Assembly (NCBI GenBank): GCA_037310415.1
Contig: CP147780.1
Span: forward strand, 2,048,001 to 2,112,000
Direction: 5' to 3'
DNA length: 64,000 nucleotides
Source: Candidatus Atabeyarchaeum deiterrae
Lineage (GTDB): Archaea; Asgardarchaeota; Atabeyarchaeia; Atabeyarchaeales; Atabeyarchaeaceae
The notes beneath the pieces were generated by a model that worked only from the letters and a program-made list of their open reading frames with translations, was not told the DNA's origin and made no database searches. Each line of letters opens with the position of its first letter. The stretch's first letter is position 1. Position numbers and translations under genes: made by a program. Positions 39,704 to 49,892 of this stretch are shown piece by piece.

Positions 39704-40591
39704 TCACCATCCAGTTAACGCTCGAATATGACCGCGCAGCATAGGCACAACTCCCGGAAAAATCATGCCCATGTCGGTCAGAAGTATGATTACTAGGACG
39801 GAGATTAAGGCAAAACCTCCAACCACGCCAGGCAACCTCAGCTTGAGGTCGTTGAAAGTTCTGAAGCTTCCATCGAAACCTCTTGCTAACATGGCATCAT
39901 AAACGCGCTCGCCCCGCTCATAAGATCTACCAATGGATGTGGAAATCACGCCACCGACGAGCTTCGCGCTCCGCAAAGTACCAAGTTTCCCGAACGTCCG
40001 CGCCTCCCTGGCCCTCAACATTCTAAGAAGCTCGTCAATAGTGAGAAAAATGTACCTGTAAGTCATAGACAACATCATCGTGAAAGCTCTTGGAATCTTG
40101 AACTTCTCCAGACCGCGAATTAACCTCGTGAAATCTGTGGTCAAGAGCAAAAGAATGGTCGCAGCAACGCAGAGCCAAACGCGAAACACAAAATGAAAAG
40201 CCACTGCAACCCCCTCTCTCGTAATGAGGAAACGGTATGTCTCCAATTGAAGGGAGAATACCGGGGTACCTGGCGTTATGAATAGCAGGGGCAACGCTAT
40301 GATGCCTGCGAAAAAAGGAACAAAGAATGTAGCCCTCCCCAAATAGCTACGTGCTGGTAACCTAGAGAAAAGTCCAAGAACTATAATGATAAAGAAAAGA
40401 AAAAGCATAGAAACAATGCTCTTGACCATGACCGCCGTAAAGATCAAAAGCACCGTGCTAACTAGCTTGATGCGAGGATCCCATTTGTGCACGGGAGAAG
40501 ATAAGCTAGAGTACTTCTCGACATCCATTACGTCCCTGAGGGACTTGAGCAAACCTCTACCGCCAAGCAAGATGTTTGAACCATCCGCCAC
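39704..40591 (-). CDS. cbiQ: ECF Ni/Co transporter T component (CbiQ/NikQ)
   Basis: SPVHKWDPRIKL, YRYIF, AREAR, AMLARGF. Confidence 0.92.
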   Translation of the reverse strand: MADGSNILLGGRGLLKSLRDVMDVEKYSSLSSPVHKWDPRIKLVSTVLLIFTAVMVKSIVSMLFLFFIIIVLGLFSRLPARSYLGRATFFVPFFAGIIALPLLFITPGTPVFSLQLETYRFLITREGVAVAFHFVFRVWLCVAATILLLLTTDFTRLIRGLEKFKIPRAFTMMLSMTYRYIFLTIDELLRMLRAREARTFGKLGTLRSAKLVGGVISTSIGRSYERGERVYDAMLARGFDGSFRTFNDLKLRLPGVVGGFALISVLVIILLTDMGMIFPGVVPMLRGHIRALTGW

Positions 40592-40657
40592 AGTCTTGTT
40601 TCAGTTTTCTACTATCCCGCAAAAAGGGGGAAACGGTTAGGGCTTCGTCATGTTAAA

Positions 40658-40999
40658 TCATTTCTTCTGCCCTTTGACACTAACGCGGAATCTCTGAAGA
40701 GAAGCAATCTTTGACACGAGGTACATGAATGCAAATACCAGTACTATCCCCATGACTCCAGCAACGAATGTGCTGATCCATGGATTCGCGATAAGAGCCA
40801 CGCTGTATTCTGGGAAAAGACCTTCCCAAAGGGGGATACTTTCAACACCCAGTGATTCTGCTGTCTTATCCAACCCATCGGGGTTTGTTGAGCCAAGCGG
40901 TATAAAGAGGAATAGGAGCAGAGCGATTATTCCAATCGAGAGAGCGATCTGTCTATAGAGCTTTCTCCTCTCAGCAGAGATATTCGCGGACTTGCTCAA
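40658..40999 (-). CDS. nikN: NikN/PDGLE-domain membrane protein
   Basis: STNPDGLD...PEYSV; two TMs. Confidence 0.82.
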   Translation of the reverse strand: MSKSANISAERRKLYRQIALSIGIIALLLFLFIPLGSTNPDGLDKTAESLGVESIPLWEGLFPEYSVALIANPWISTFVAGVMGIVLVFAFMYLVSKIASLQRFRVSVKGQKK

Positions 41000-41006
41000 T
41001 TATCTA

Positions 41007-41669
41007 TCACCCCTTCTTTTCCGCAGCGACGTTCGTCATAGCAGGCAAAACGCTGGGCTGGGCCCTCATGAGAGCAGCCAAGATCAGCACAGTGATTATT
41101 CCTTCACCCAGCCCAATAATCACGTGCCAGACTACCATGACTGGAACCGTGACACCAATCCCGTACGGAAATATGCTTGAGAATCCTATCTCGAGTCCGC
41201 AAACGAAGGCGCCCAAGACAATGCTGACCCACGATGCTACAAAAGCCGACGCTAAGGTGACTCCTGTCCCACGATGCAACCTTGTTATTGCCTTGTAGAT
41301 TAGGTATCCCGAGAATGCAGCTACAATACCCATGTTGAGGACGTTAGCACCTAAGGCAGTTATTCCCCCGTCGCCGAACATAAATCCTTGGATCAGCAGA
41401 ATAGTGGTTATCGACACAATGGCAGCGTAGGGGCCGAAGAGGATTGAGATCAGTGTCGCACCGACCAAGTGTCCACTTGTCCCTCCAAGAATAGGAAAGT
41501 TGACCATCTGAGCCGCGAAGACACCCGCAGTAACGAGAGCCAGCAGAGGAACCTGCTTCTCCCCCAAGGCACCTTTGAATTTGACAGAGGCAACTATCCA
41601 GAAGATTATTGTTATAGCAAACGTGATGGCGATCATTCGTATGTCGAGGAACCCATCAGGGATATGCAT
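41007..41669 (-). CDS. cbiM: ECF Ni/Co S component (CbiM/NikM)
   Basis: Mature N-terminus MHIPDGFL at ATG 41669; GGTSGHLVG, GDGGITALGAN. Confidence 0.94.
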   Translation of the reverse strand: MHIPDGFLDIRMIAITFAITIIFWIVASVKFKGALGEKQVPLLALVTAGVFAAQMVNFPILGGTSGHLVGATLISILFGPYAAIVSITTILLIQGFMFGDGGITALGANVLNMGIVAAFSGYLIYKAITRLHRGTGVTLASAFVASWVSIVLGAFVCGLEIGFSSIFPYGIGVTVPVMVVWHVIIGLGEGIITVLILAALMRAQPSVLPAMTNVAAEKKG

Positions 41670-41726
41670 GCACGCGATCTCTCCCGCTGGTTGCAATCAG
41701 ATACCTACTCACTATGTGAGAATTGG

Positions 41727-41756
41727 AGTAATAAAAACCTTTGTATAAGTATTACT
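41727..41756. promoter_or_regulatory. Putative NikR operator
   Basis: Perfect inverted repeat AGTAATA-N16-TATTACT between divergent nikM and nikR; same 16-bp spacing as the E. coli NikR box GTATGA-N16-TCATAC. Confidence 0.78.
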
Positions 41757-41859
41757 AACAACATAAATATATGCAAAATAGTATTACTCCGCACTAGTAA
41801 ATGCAAGGCACATTGAACGCTTTCATAGAACCAGGTATCATTCTACGATCGGAGATGAG

Positions 41860-42324
41860 TTGAGAGCAATGGCAAACATACGAAAGTTAGCAAAAAGTGT
41901 AGAAACTGAGGAAGGCGTGGTTAGAGTGAGCATGAGCTTACCTAACGATTTGCTGGAAGATTTTGATGAAACTGCAAAGAAGAAAGGGTACTTCAAAAGG
42001 TCTGAGGCCATCAGAGATGCTTTGAGAAACTTCATCTTGGAGAGCAAATGGGCCACAGATGAGAACTCTATCTTAGCTGGAACTATATCAATGGTCTACG
42101 ACCATGAAGTAAGATCTCTAGTAGACAAATTGATTGACCTTCAGCATGACTCCGGAGTACTCATTAAGGCCTCGTTACACCTTCACCTTGACGAGCACAA
42201 CTGCATGGAAATACTTGCTTTGGAAGGTAAGGCAAAGGAATTGAAGAGGCTATCAGAAAGTATGATAAGTAAGAAAGGAGTCAAGACATTGAAACTCACG
42301 ATACTTCACGCGAGAACCACTTAG
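41860..42324 (+). CDS. nikR: Nickel-responsive regulator NikR
   Basis: RHH domain (RVSMSLP...RSEAIRDA) and YDHE...QH...HLHLDEHNCME. Confidence 0.95.
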   Translation: MRAMANIRKLAKSVETEEGVVRVSMSLPNDLLEDFDETAKKKGYFKRSEAIRDALRNFILESKWATDENSILAGTISMVYDHEVRSLVDKLIDLQHDSGVLIKASLHLHLDEHNCMEILALEGKAKELKRLSESMISKKGVKTLKLTILHARTT

Positions 42325-42503
42325 CACGTGATCTCTTGGGCGTACTGCCTTACGTAGCGTTTATCTACTTATTCGCAGCTATTTTCCTAGAAACGTGAAT
42401 GGGGAATGGTTCTTCCTTACGGTGACCAGTCGCGGCTGGCAATACGTATAGTCCTAGAAGGCATCCAGTCTGCCAATAGTCGTACTCAGGGTGTGTAATT
42501 GCT

Positions 42504-45500
42504 GTGAAAGCTACAAATAACGAGGGCTCAGCGAAGAAAGTGATCAGATCCGGACATTACTTTTTGTTCGACTTGGATGACCGAGTCATCCACTCTAGAT
42601 TAAGTGAAGCAAATGGAGTGAAGATAAAGAGTCAGAGTTTTCCAGCAGCTAGGCTTAGTTCACTCGTTTTTGGCGCTATGATCTCCGACAGGCGGGTGTA
42701 CAATCCGAACGACACGATTAGAATTCTCGTGGCGTCTCCTGGCGGTGCAGGGAGAGGCGCTCACTTGGATATTCTTTATGGCGGAAAGCGCGAGGTGCTG
42801 AGCGACAACTTTGTGCTTGACGATTACGGTGTCCACCTGTGCGAGTTGAAGGGAATAGAAGAAACAGGTGAATACACAGCGACTGTTACCACCTCTGCCA
42901 CTGTCGGGAGTGGCAAGAACACGCAGGTGGAGACGAAATCATTCAACTGTGACTTCACTATTGCCCAGCATACCCTTAGTCCCCTACTAGTTCAGATCAA
43001 GAAGCAGGTTATCAGCGGAGATACGTTGGACGCTGAGCTTCTTGCTACCGTGCTGAACCAACCGTACACCGGCTCTATGAGAGTTGGATTGTATTGTGAT
43101 TACTGTAAGCAAGTCGTAAACGAGATGTCCGCCGAGACCAAAAAAGGCTCCTTCAGTCTCAAAATAGGTTTGAGTGGGCATACGGGTCCATTCAGACTCG
43201 AATTCTCCACTCCAGACGGAAACACAGCTTCCGTGTCACTTCAATCTACAAGGGTTGAGGAGCGCCAAGAGATCCAAGTTGGCAACCTCGGAGAAATCGT
43301 GAATGTCGCTCTTATCCCAATACCTGACGGAACGAATGTTCGGGGAATCAACTGGGCGCCTCGAGGTACGTCAACAGCTCCCGTGATCGTCAAGAGCGCA
43401 GAGTCCGACAGAATTGATGTGCATGTTGCAAGGAATCTCGACTACGTCTATGTTCACTCAGTTAACCCGTTCACGAAGGAGGCGAAGCAGTGGTTCAAAG
43501 GTCCCGTCAAAGAAGGTGAAGAGTATTCTTTCAAGAATAGCGCGCCATACCAGATCGTCTTGGTTGGATGCATAATCAATGCTAAGGAGCAAGCCTTGTT
43601 CGAAGGCAGAACCATAGTCTTCTGCCCGGAGGAGCTTGAAGTCAAAGTCAGTGCTCCCTCGAAAGTTGAGCCAAGCGAAGAAGTAACGATCACCCTAGAG
43701 ACAAACAAGAAGGCACAGTGCCTCCTCATGGTGTTCGATGAGAGACTCGATACCGAGAACATCACTGGCAAACTTGGAAAAGACATCTACAATCAAATCA
43801 AAACGCTTGGAAGCATCGAGGAACTGATGATGCAATTTGAGCCAAAAAGAGAGGAAGTATTAGAGGCGAGGGAGATGACCCGTCCTTCTGGAACGGGCAG
43901 TCGTCCCTACTCCGCTCAGCCATCAGCGGTCCCGCCCATGGTCAAGATGGCTGCAAGAGCCATGGCTGCTCCACTGCCTTCGGCGCTTATGAAGTCAGGA
44001 ACAGCCCGCTCCTACGCCGCTGCAGACATTGGAACCGTTGCCGCAATGATAACTGCTGAAATGCCAGCATATATGGCTGCTGCGCCCAGGAGGGCATGGT
44101 TCCCCAAGATACTTGCTTGCAAGCTGATAGAAGTTGAGGGAGTTCACGAAGAACGCGTTAGACTCGGTGATACCATAACGAAGTGGAAGGTTCAAGTGTA
44201 CGCCTTTGCTGACCTCGACTACATATCGAACTCAATTGACATCGAAGCTGATAGGAGTGTAGTGGTTGATGTCGACGTCCCTTCGATGATAGATGAAGGG
44301 GATGAGTACTATGGTAAAGCAGTTTACCATGTTGCTGAGGGGAAAGCAAAATTGCGGGTAAAGCTTCCTGACGGGAGCTTCTATGAAGGAGAAGTCGAGG
44401 GAGATGGATTTCGGGAATTCAAGCTCCCAGGACCAGGCACTGTTGAAGCCGAGTTGACTTCTCCCAAGGGAAGCGACTCGATAGTGAAGAGCGTAGACCC
44501 ACAAGTAAGTGAGAAGGTAACGGTTTCAGCTCTAAGCCTCTTGGAGAAAGGTGAGGAGCTACCAATCGATGTCGATAGAAAAGTCTTCATTTACACAAAT
44601 GTGAAATCACTACTCTCCTATTCAGTGAGGTCACTTATCCAATACCCATTTGGGTGCGCTGAGCAGACGAGCGCAAAGCTCTGTGGACTTGCAGTGGCAT
44701 GGGAATTCGGAGAAAACACAAATGAAATAGCACAGATGATCGACGCTGGACTCTCAAGGATGACCAAGTTCATACAACAGGATGGACTCTACTCACTTTG
44801 GGAGGGCGCCAAAGAAGGAACCCCTGAAGTCACAAAGAAAGTCCTGAAGAACCTGTCACCCCTAATAAGACTCGGGCGATTCAAAGAAAAGACAACACCT
44901 CTCATAGAGAAACCCGTGCAGGAACTTGAAAAGAGGAAAGTCGCAGACAACACGCTACTCTCTCTCAGCGAGAAGTTCATGGCACCCATGACGACCGTTG
45001 AGGACGCAGCCAACATAGCCATCTACAGCGGAGGAAAACGCAAGGAAGCGTTGAAGTTCATAGAATCGAAGGCGGTCGAAGGGTCAGGGGGCACAGAGGT
45101 CCACTGGGAACCCGCTCAGGCAACATGGGGTGGAGTTCTCGAATCAACAGCTACATGCCTTCGCGCTCTTCACGCATCGGCTGACGACAAACATCAAACC
45201 CTCTTCAGGAAGGGCTTCAAGTTTGTGGGAAAGAGGATTGTTGGGGGAAGACTGCACTCGACAGCGGATACAAGAGCATTGATCGAACTCTTCGGTGCAA
45301 TGAAAGATATGGATACCAAACCGAAGTTCTATTATCAAACATACATGAAGAGCGATCCAAGCACGCCAGTGACCAAGACGGAGAAGGACTTCGAATCAGG
45401 TGACTCCAATGGGATCATTGCTGTCGACGACGAAGCCGAAAGCGACATGTCAGCAAAGGGAAGAAGGCTCATAGCACACAGCATGCTTTTCGCTAGAGTC

Positions 45501-45851
45501 GACGGCATTGAAGTCATAGATTACAAGAAGACCAAGTCCAACTTCAACTTCGACATGAAACTTGAGAAAATGTCGCTGAAGCTTGGCGAACGCATAAAAC
45601 TCACATTGACCCCAAAGGACCAGTCAATATGCCCAGTATCCAAGGTATTTCTGCCGGCTAACGTGGCCTTCTTGGAAGGAGGAGTAAACGTCCAGACGAT
45701 ATCGAAACCTATAACTGAAGGAAGCATCGTCCTAGACCTCATAGGAACGGCACGCGGAAAATGCAGACTTTACGCCGTGCTTTACGACATGTACGACTCA
45801 AACATGGTCGGGGTCGCAATCCCGGCACGAGTGGACGTCACGTCCCCTTAA
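42504..45851 (+). CDS. Alpha-2-macroglobulin-like thioester protein 1
   Basis: SDRRVYNPNDT (MG2-like), bait-like low-complexity region, RRAWFP...LGDTITKW, YPFGCAEQTS thioester (44652-44666), STADT. Confidence 0.88.
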   Translation: MKATNNEGSAKKVIRSGHYFLFDLDDRVIHSRLSEANGVKIKSQSFPAARLSSLVFGAMISDRRVYNPNDTIRILVASPGGAGRGAHLDILYGGKREVLSDNFVLDDYGVHLCELKGIEETGEYTATVTTSATVGSGKNTQVETKSFNCDFTIAQHTLSPLLVQIKKQVISGDTLDAELLATVLNQPYTGSMRVGLYCDYCKQVVNEMSAETKKGSFSLKIGLSGHTGPFRLEFSTPDGNTASVSLQSTRVEERQEIQVGNLGEIVNVALIPIPDGTNVRGINWAPRGTSTAPVIVKSAESDRIDVHVARNLDYVYVHSVNPFTKEAKQWFKGPVKEGEEYSFKNSAPYQIVLVGCIINAKEQALFEGRTIVFCPEELEVKVSAPSKVEPSEEVTITLETNKKAQCLLMVFDERLDTENITGKLGKDIYNQIKTLGSIEELMMQFEPKREEVLEAREMTRPSGTGSRPYSAQPSAVPPMVKMAARAMAAPLPSALMKSGTARSYAAADIGTVAAMITAEMPAYMAAAPRRAWFPKILACKLIEVEGVHEERVRLGDTITKWKVQVYAFADLDYISNSIDIEADRSVVVDVDVPSMIDEGDEYYGKAVYHVAEGKAKLRVKLPDGSFYEGEVEGDGFREFKLPGPGTVEAELTSPKGSDSIVKSVDPQVSEKVTVSALSLLEKGEELPIDVDRKVFIYTNVKSLLSYSVRSLIQYPFGCAEQTSAKLCGLAVAWEFGENTNEIAQMIDAGLSRMTKFIQQDGLYSLWEGAKEGTPEVTKKVLKNLSPLIRLGRFKEKTTPLIEKPVQELEKRKVADNTLLSLSEKFMAPMTTVEDAANIAIYSGGKRKEALKFIESKAVEGSGGTEVHWEPAQATWGGVLESTATCLRALHASADDKHQTLFRKGFKFVGKRIVGGRLHSTADTRALIELFGAMKDMDTKPKFYYQTYMKSDPSTPVTKTEKDFESGDSNGIIAVDDEAESDMSAKGRRLIAHSMLFARVDGIEVIDYKKTKSNFNFDMKLEKMSLKLGERIKLTLTPKDQSICPVSKVFLPANVAFLEGGVNVQTISKPITEGSIVLDLIGTARGKCRLYAVLYDMYDSNMVGVAIPARVDVTSP

Positions 45852-46068
45852 CCTTGCTGGGATGCACCGATTCAGCCTCTCACCGTCACCGGAGTCAGTC
45901 GTGTGGAACCTTCATACTTTCCTGCTATTCGAATCGTTCTTTCCTCTGATTAATCGCGTCTTGCGAACCAAACGCAATTAGTGTTATGGCAACGAAACAG
46001 AGACACACTTTGTCAGTGATACTCTACTTAAGTATGCTCGCGCGTGGTATTAAACAAGGTCACTCTGT

Positions 46069-49000
46069 TTGATTAGTAGCGTGTTAAGGACGTGGGCAGT
46101 TTTGGAAGATCGGAGTGGGGGAGACAAACCAGTAAAGGGTATCAGAGCTGCACATTATTTCCTGTTTGATCTGCAAGATGTAAACATTTATCCCAGATTC
46201 AGCGAATCAAAAGAAGAAATAAAAGTCAAAGGTCAGAGTTACCCGACAGCGAAGATAGAATCGCTTCTATATGGTGCCTTGATCTCCGACAAGCGCGCCT
46301 ATGTTCCCGGAGATACCGTGAGACTTCTAGTTGCTTCTCCCGGCGGCGCCGGAGTACATGCTAGCCTAGAGGTTACCTTTGAAGGTCAACGAACAATACT
46401 AGCTGACGAATTCATACTCGACGACTATGGCGTATACCTATACGAGCTGAAAGGTCTCGAAGAGTCAGGCACGTATACTGCCACAATCGTAACTAACGTG
46501 ACCCCTCCTCACAAGGACGTCCAAGCAGATAGAAAAGTCTTCAGTTGTGACTTTGCTGTAACCCGGCGCACACTGAATCCTCTATCGGTTCAACTCAAGA
46601 GGCTGACTATCAGCGGAGACTCGCTAGATGCTGTAATTGTGGTTACGGTTCTCAACCAGCCGTATACTGGCTCCATCCGAATCAGGTTCTATTGCGATTA
46701 TTGCAGACAGATAATAAACGAAATGTCCGCGGAAGCCAGGAAGGGCTTATTCTACCTTAAGATCGGCCTGAGAACGCACACTGGACCATTCCGACTTGAA
46801 TTCACTACGGCTGATGGAAATACTGCTTCCTTGACACTGCAATCCATTGGCGCTGAGCAGCAACGAGAGATCCAAGTTGGTAATCTCGGCGAAGTCGTAA
46901 ATGTCGCCCCCACGCCGATGCCAGATGGTAGAAATTTGAGAGGTATTTACAGGGCGAGCCGTGGCGTGTCGGCTACCCCGATAATTGTCAAAGGAGGAGT
47001 CTCAGACAAAGTTCGATTGCAGGCTACTAGCGCCCTTGATTACGCCTGTATGTACGCCTTCAATCCATTAACGAAGAAAGTCAAGCAATGGTCTAAGAAG
47101 CGTGTCAAAGAGGATGATGAGTTCCTTTTCGACAACAGTGCGCCTTACGAAATCATTCTGGTCGGATGCATAATCAATGCCAAGGAAGAAACAGTGTTTG
47201 AAGGTAGAACTGTTGTCTTCTACCCAGAGGAACTTGAGGTCAAACTCAGCACACCGCCAAAAGCGCAGCCTAATGAGGAAGTGAGAGTTGCCTTAGAGAC
47301 GAGTAAGACAGCTCAGTGTCTCCTCATGGTTTATGACGTAAGGCTTGATACTGAAAATCTGACCAGCAAACTTGGAAATGATCTCTACACTCAAATAGCC
47401 ACGCTTGAAGCCATCGAGGAACCCGGAACTCGATACCAGCAAAGAAGAGAAGAAGCCCAATTCGGTAAGGATGCAACAGACTTACCCTCAGGCGTTCATG
47501 TCGCCCACCCAGTTGGCTCGCTTGGGGTCCAACCCGAGCCGAAGACTGCTGGGAGAGTGATGTCTGCTCTGCCACCCACGCCTGTTATGAGACTTCGAGC
47601 TGACATGTCTGAAGCGTCGGCTGCAAGAGCGCTTGCATCTATTGTCGCTTCTGAAATACCAGTTCAACTGGTTACTGCACCGAGACGAGCATTGTTTCCA
47701 GAAATCCTCGCATGCAAGCTAATTGAGGTCGATCGAGTTCACGAAGAACTCGTCAAGCTCGGCGATACCATAGGGAAGTGGAAAGTACAGGTGTACGCTT
47801 TTGCTGACCTCGACTACATTTCAAAGTCTTCTGAAATTACCGCTGACAAAACGGTGGCAATTGACATTGACATCCCCACCATGATAGAAGAAGGCGATGA
47901 GTACTATGGAAAAGCAATCTACCACGCAGCGGAAGGAAAAGCGAGACTACTTGTCAAGTTGCCTGATGGAACTACCTATGAGGATGAGGTTGAGGGTGAC
48001 GGTATCAGGGAATTCAGGTTATCCAGACCAGGCAAAGTTGAGGCTCAGCTGACTTCACCTAGTGGCGTCGACTCAATAATGAAGAGCATGGACTCCCAGT
48101 TGAGTGAAAAAGTGACAGTCTCAACGCTGACCTCGCTCGAGAAGGGCGACGAGCTATGCATTGAAGCTGGCAAGAAGTTATCTATCTACAATTCCATGAG
48201 ACCGTTGATCTCGGAATTGGCTAAGGCATTATGCCAGTATCCGTTCGAGTGTTCAGAGCAGACCAGCGCAAAGCTCTGTGGACTTGCAGTAGCATGGGAA
48301 TCCGGCGAAAGGACCAAAGAAGCAGCACAGATGATCGACGCTGGACTCGCAAGAATGGCGAAGTTTCTGCATCCAGATGCGCTCTACTCTCTTTGGGAGA
48401 ACGCTAAACTAGGAACCGCTGAAGTCACAGCAAAAGTGCTGAGGAATCTAGCACCGATTAGGAGAATAGACAGATTCGAGGAAAAGGTGAACCCGCTCAT
48501 AGTGAAATCTTTACAAGAGTTGCTTAGGAGAGACGTCCTGGATAACTCGCTACTCTCACTCAGCGAGAGATTCATGGCTCCGATATCAACCGTTGAGGAC
48601 GCGGCGAATATCGCTACATACAGAGAAATAAGGGGTGGAATGCGAAGAGGGGCCCTCGAATTCATCGAGTCCAAGGCAATCGGGGAACTTAGTGGAGACG
48701 AAGTCTACTGGGAGCCCTCAAGAGCATCTTGGGGTGGAGTTCTTGAAGCGACGGCTACTTGCTTGCGCGCACTTTATGAATCAAGCGATGAAAATCGTCG
48801 CTTTCTTTTCAAGAAAGGCTTCAAATTCGTGACAAAGAGACTTGCAAACAGTAGACTTCATTCGACAGCGGACACTAGAGCACTAATCGAGCTTTTCGCT
48901 GCAATGAAAGACGTCGGTGCGCGACCAAGGTTTTCCTATCAGACCTACGTCAAGGCCAATCCAGCTTCTCCAGTCATAAAGACAGAGAGAGATCTCACAA

Positions 49001-49455
49001 TAGGCAAGTCGGATGTTTTCATTCCAATCGATGACGAAGTCCACACTGACATATCCTCGCCGGGCAGAAAACTCACCGCACGTAGCCAACTTTTTGTGAG
49101 AATCGATGGCACCGAAACGGTAGACTATAAGAAGGTCAGGTCAACTTTTGACTTCGATGCCAAGCTCGACAGGATGATTCTGAAACTCGGACAGCGAGTA
49201 AAACTGACAGTGACACCGAGACACGAGTCAAGATGCCCAGTTGTTAGAGTCTTCCTCGCGCCTAACCTAATCTCTCTAGAGGGCGAAGTGAACATGCAAA
49301 CAATATCAAAACCCATGGTAGAAGGAAGCATCGAGCTTGATTTGCTGGCGGCAAGTCGTGGAAGATCTAGACTCTATGTAATGCTATATGACATGTACGA
49401 GCCGAACATGATTGGTATCACTATTCCGATCGGGATAACGGTGACGCTGCCATGA
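46069..49455 (+). CDS. Alpha-2-macroglobulin-like thioester protein 2 (tandem paralog)
   Basis: Colinear with copy 1; SDKRAYVPGDT, RRALFPE...LGDTIGKW, YPFECSEQTS (48247-48261), STADT. Confidence 0.88.
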   Translation: MISSVLRTWAVLEDRSGGDKPVKGIRAAHYFLFDLQDVNIYPRFSESKEEIKVKGQSYPTAKIESLLYGALISDKRAYVPGDTVRLLVASPGGAGVHASLEVTFEGQRTILADEFILDDYGVYLYELKGLEESGTYTATIVTNVTPPHKDVQADRKVFSCDFAVTRRTLNPLSVQLKRLTISGDSLDAVIVVTVLNQPYTGSIRIRFYCDYCRQIINEMSAEARKGLFYLKIGLRTHTGPFRLEFTTADGNTASLTLQSIGAEQQREIQVGNLGEVVNVAPTPMPDGRNLRGIYRASRGVSATPIIVKGGVSDKVRLQATSALDYACMYAFNPLTKKVKQWSKKRVKEDDEFLFDNSAPYEIILVGCIINAKEETVFEGRTVVFYPEELEVKLSTPPKAQPNEEVRVALETSKTAQCLLMVYDVRLDTENLTSKLGNDLYTQIATLEAIEEPGTRYQQRREEAQFGKDATDLPSGVHVAHPVGSLGVQPEPKTAGRVMSALPPTPVMRLRADMSEASAARALASIVASEIPVQLVTAPRRALFPEILACKLIEVDRVHEELVKLGDTIGKWKVQVYAFADLDYISKSSEITADKTVAIDIDIPTMIEEGDEYYGKAIYHAAEGKARLLVKLPDGTTYEDEVEGDGIREFRLSRPGKVEAQLTSPSGVDSIMKSMDSQLSEKVTVSTLTSLEKGDELCIEAGKKLSIYNSMRPLISELAKALCQYPFECSEQTSAKLCGLAVAWESGERTKEAAQMIDAGLARMAKFLHPDALYSLWENAKLGTAEVTAKVLRNLAPIRRIDRFEEKVNPLIVKSLQELLRRDVLDNSLLSLSERFMAPISTVEDAANIATYREIRGGMRRGALEFIESKAIGELSGDEVYWEPSRASWGGVLEATATCLRALYESSDENRRFLFKKGFKFVTKRLANSRLHSTADTRALIELFAAMKDVGARPRFSYQTYVKANPASPVIKTERDLTIGKSDVFIPIDDEVHTDISSPGRKLTARSQLFVRIDGTETVDYKKVRSTFDFDAKLDRMILKLGQRVKLTVTPRHESRCPVVRVFLAPNLISLEGEVNMQTISKPMVEGSIELDLLAASRGRSRLYVMLYDMYEPNMIGITIPIGITVTLP

Positions 49456-49487
49456 ATCCCAGAGGCAAAACCTTACCAAGTTATGTA

Positions 49488-49850
49488 TCATGGCAAAGCT
49501 AGGTCAACAGTCTTAGTCTGTGTTCTCCCGGCAACTAGTATGGTGTAGTTTCTCTGCGGTAATATGAGCCATTTGACTGACAATACATATTGTCCATTGT
49601 AAGCATGTGCGAAGGTTATCTGCCCACCCACTGTTATACCTGATCTCTCTACAATCCGACCTGTTGCATCATAGAGCGTCACTTGGGCTTCACCATAAGG
49701 GTATCGAGATATGCTATATGAGTTGTATGTGACATTCAGCGTGAAGTCTGTGTAGAGTAAAACGTCCACCATAATTCCCGCGAAAACCCCAAAGACCATA
49801 ACTGAAACGAATGCGATGGCGAGAAGCTTCCTTGCCCTAACTTTCAACAT
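49488..49850 (-). CDS. Small membrane-anchored beta-sandwich (carboxypeptidase-regulatory-like) protein
   Basis: N-terminal TM; AQVTLYD...GIT..GQITF...GQYVLSV. Confidence 0.6.
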   Translation of the reverse strand: MLKVRARKLLAIAFVSVMVFGVFAGIMVDVLLYTDFTLNVTYNSYSISRYPYGEAQVTLYDATGRIVERSGITVGGQITFAHAYNGQYVLSVKWLILPQRNYTILVAGRTQTKTVDLALP

Positions 49851-49892
49851 TTCCCTCTCCCATACTTAACAAACATGAGGTGAAAGGTGATG

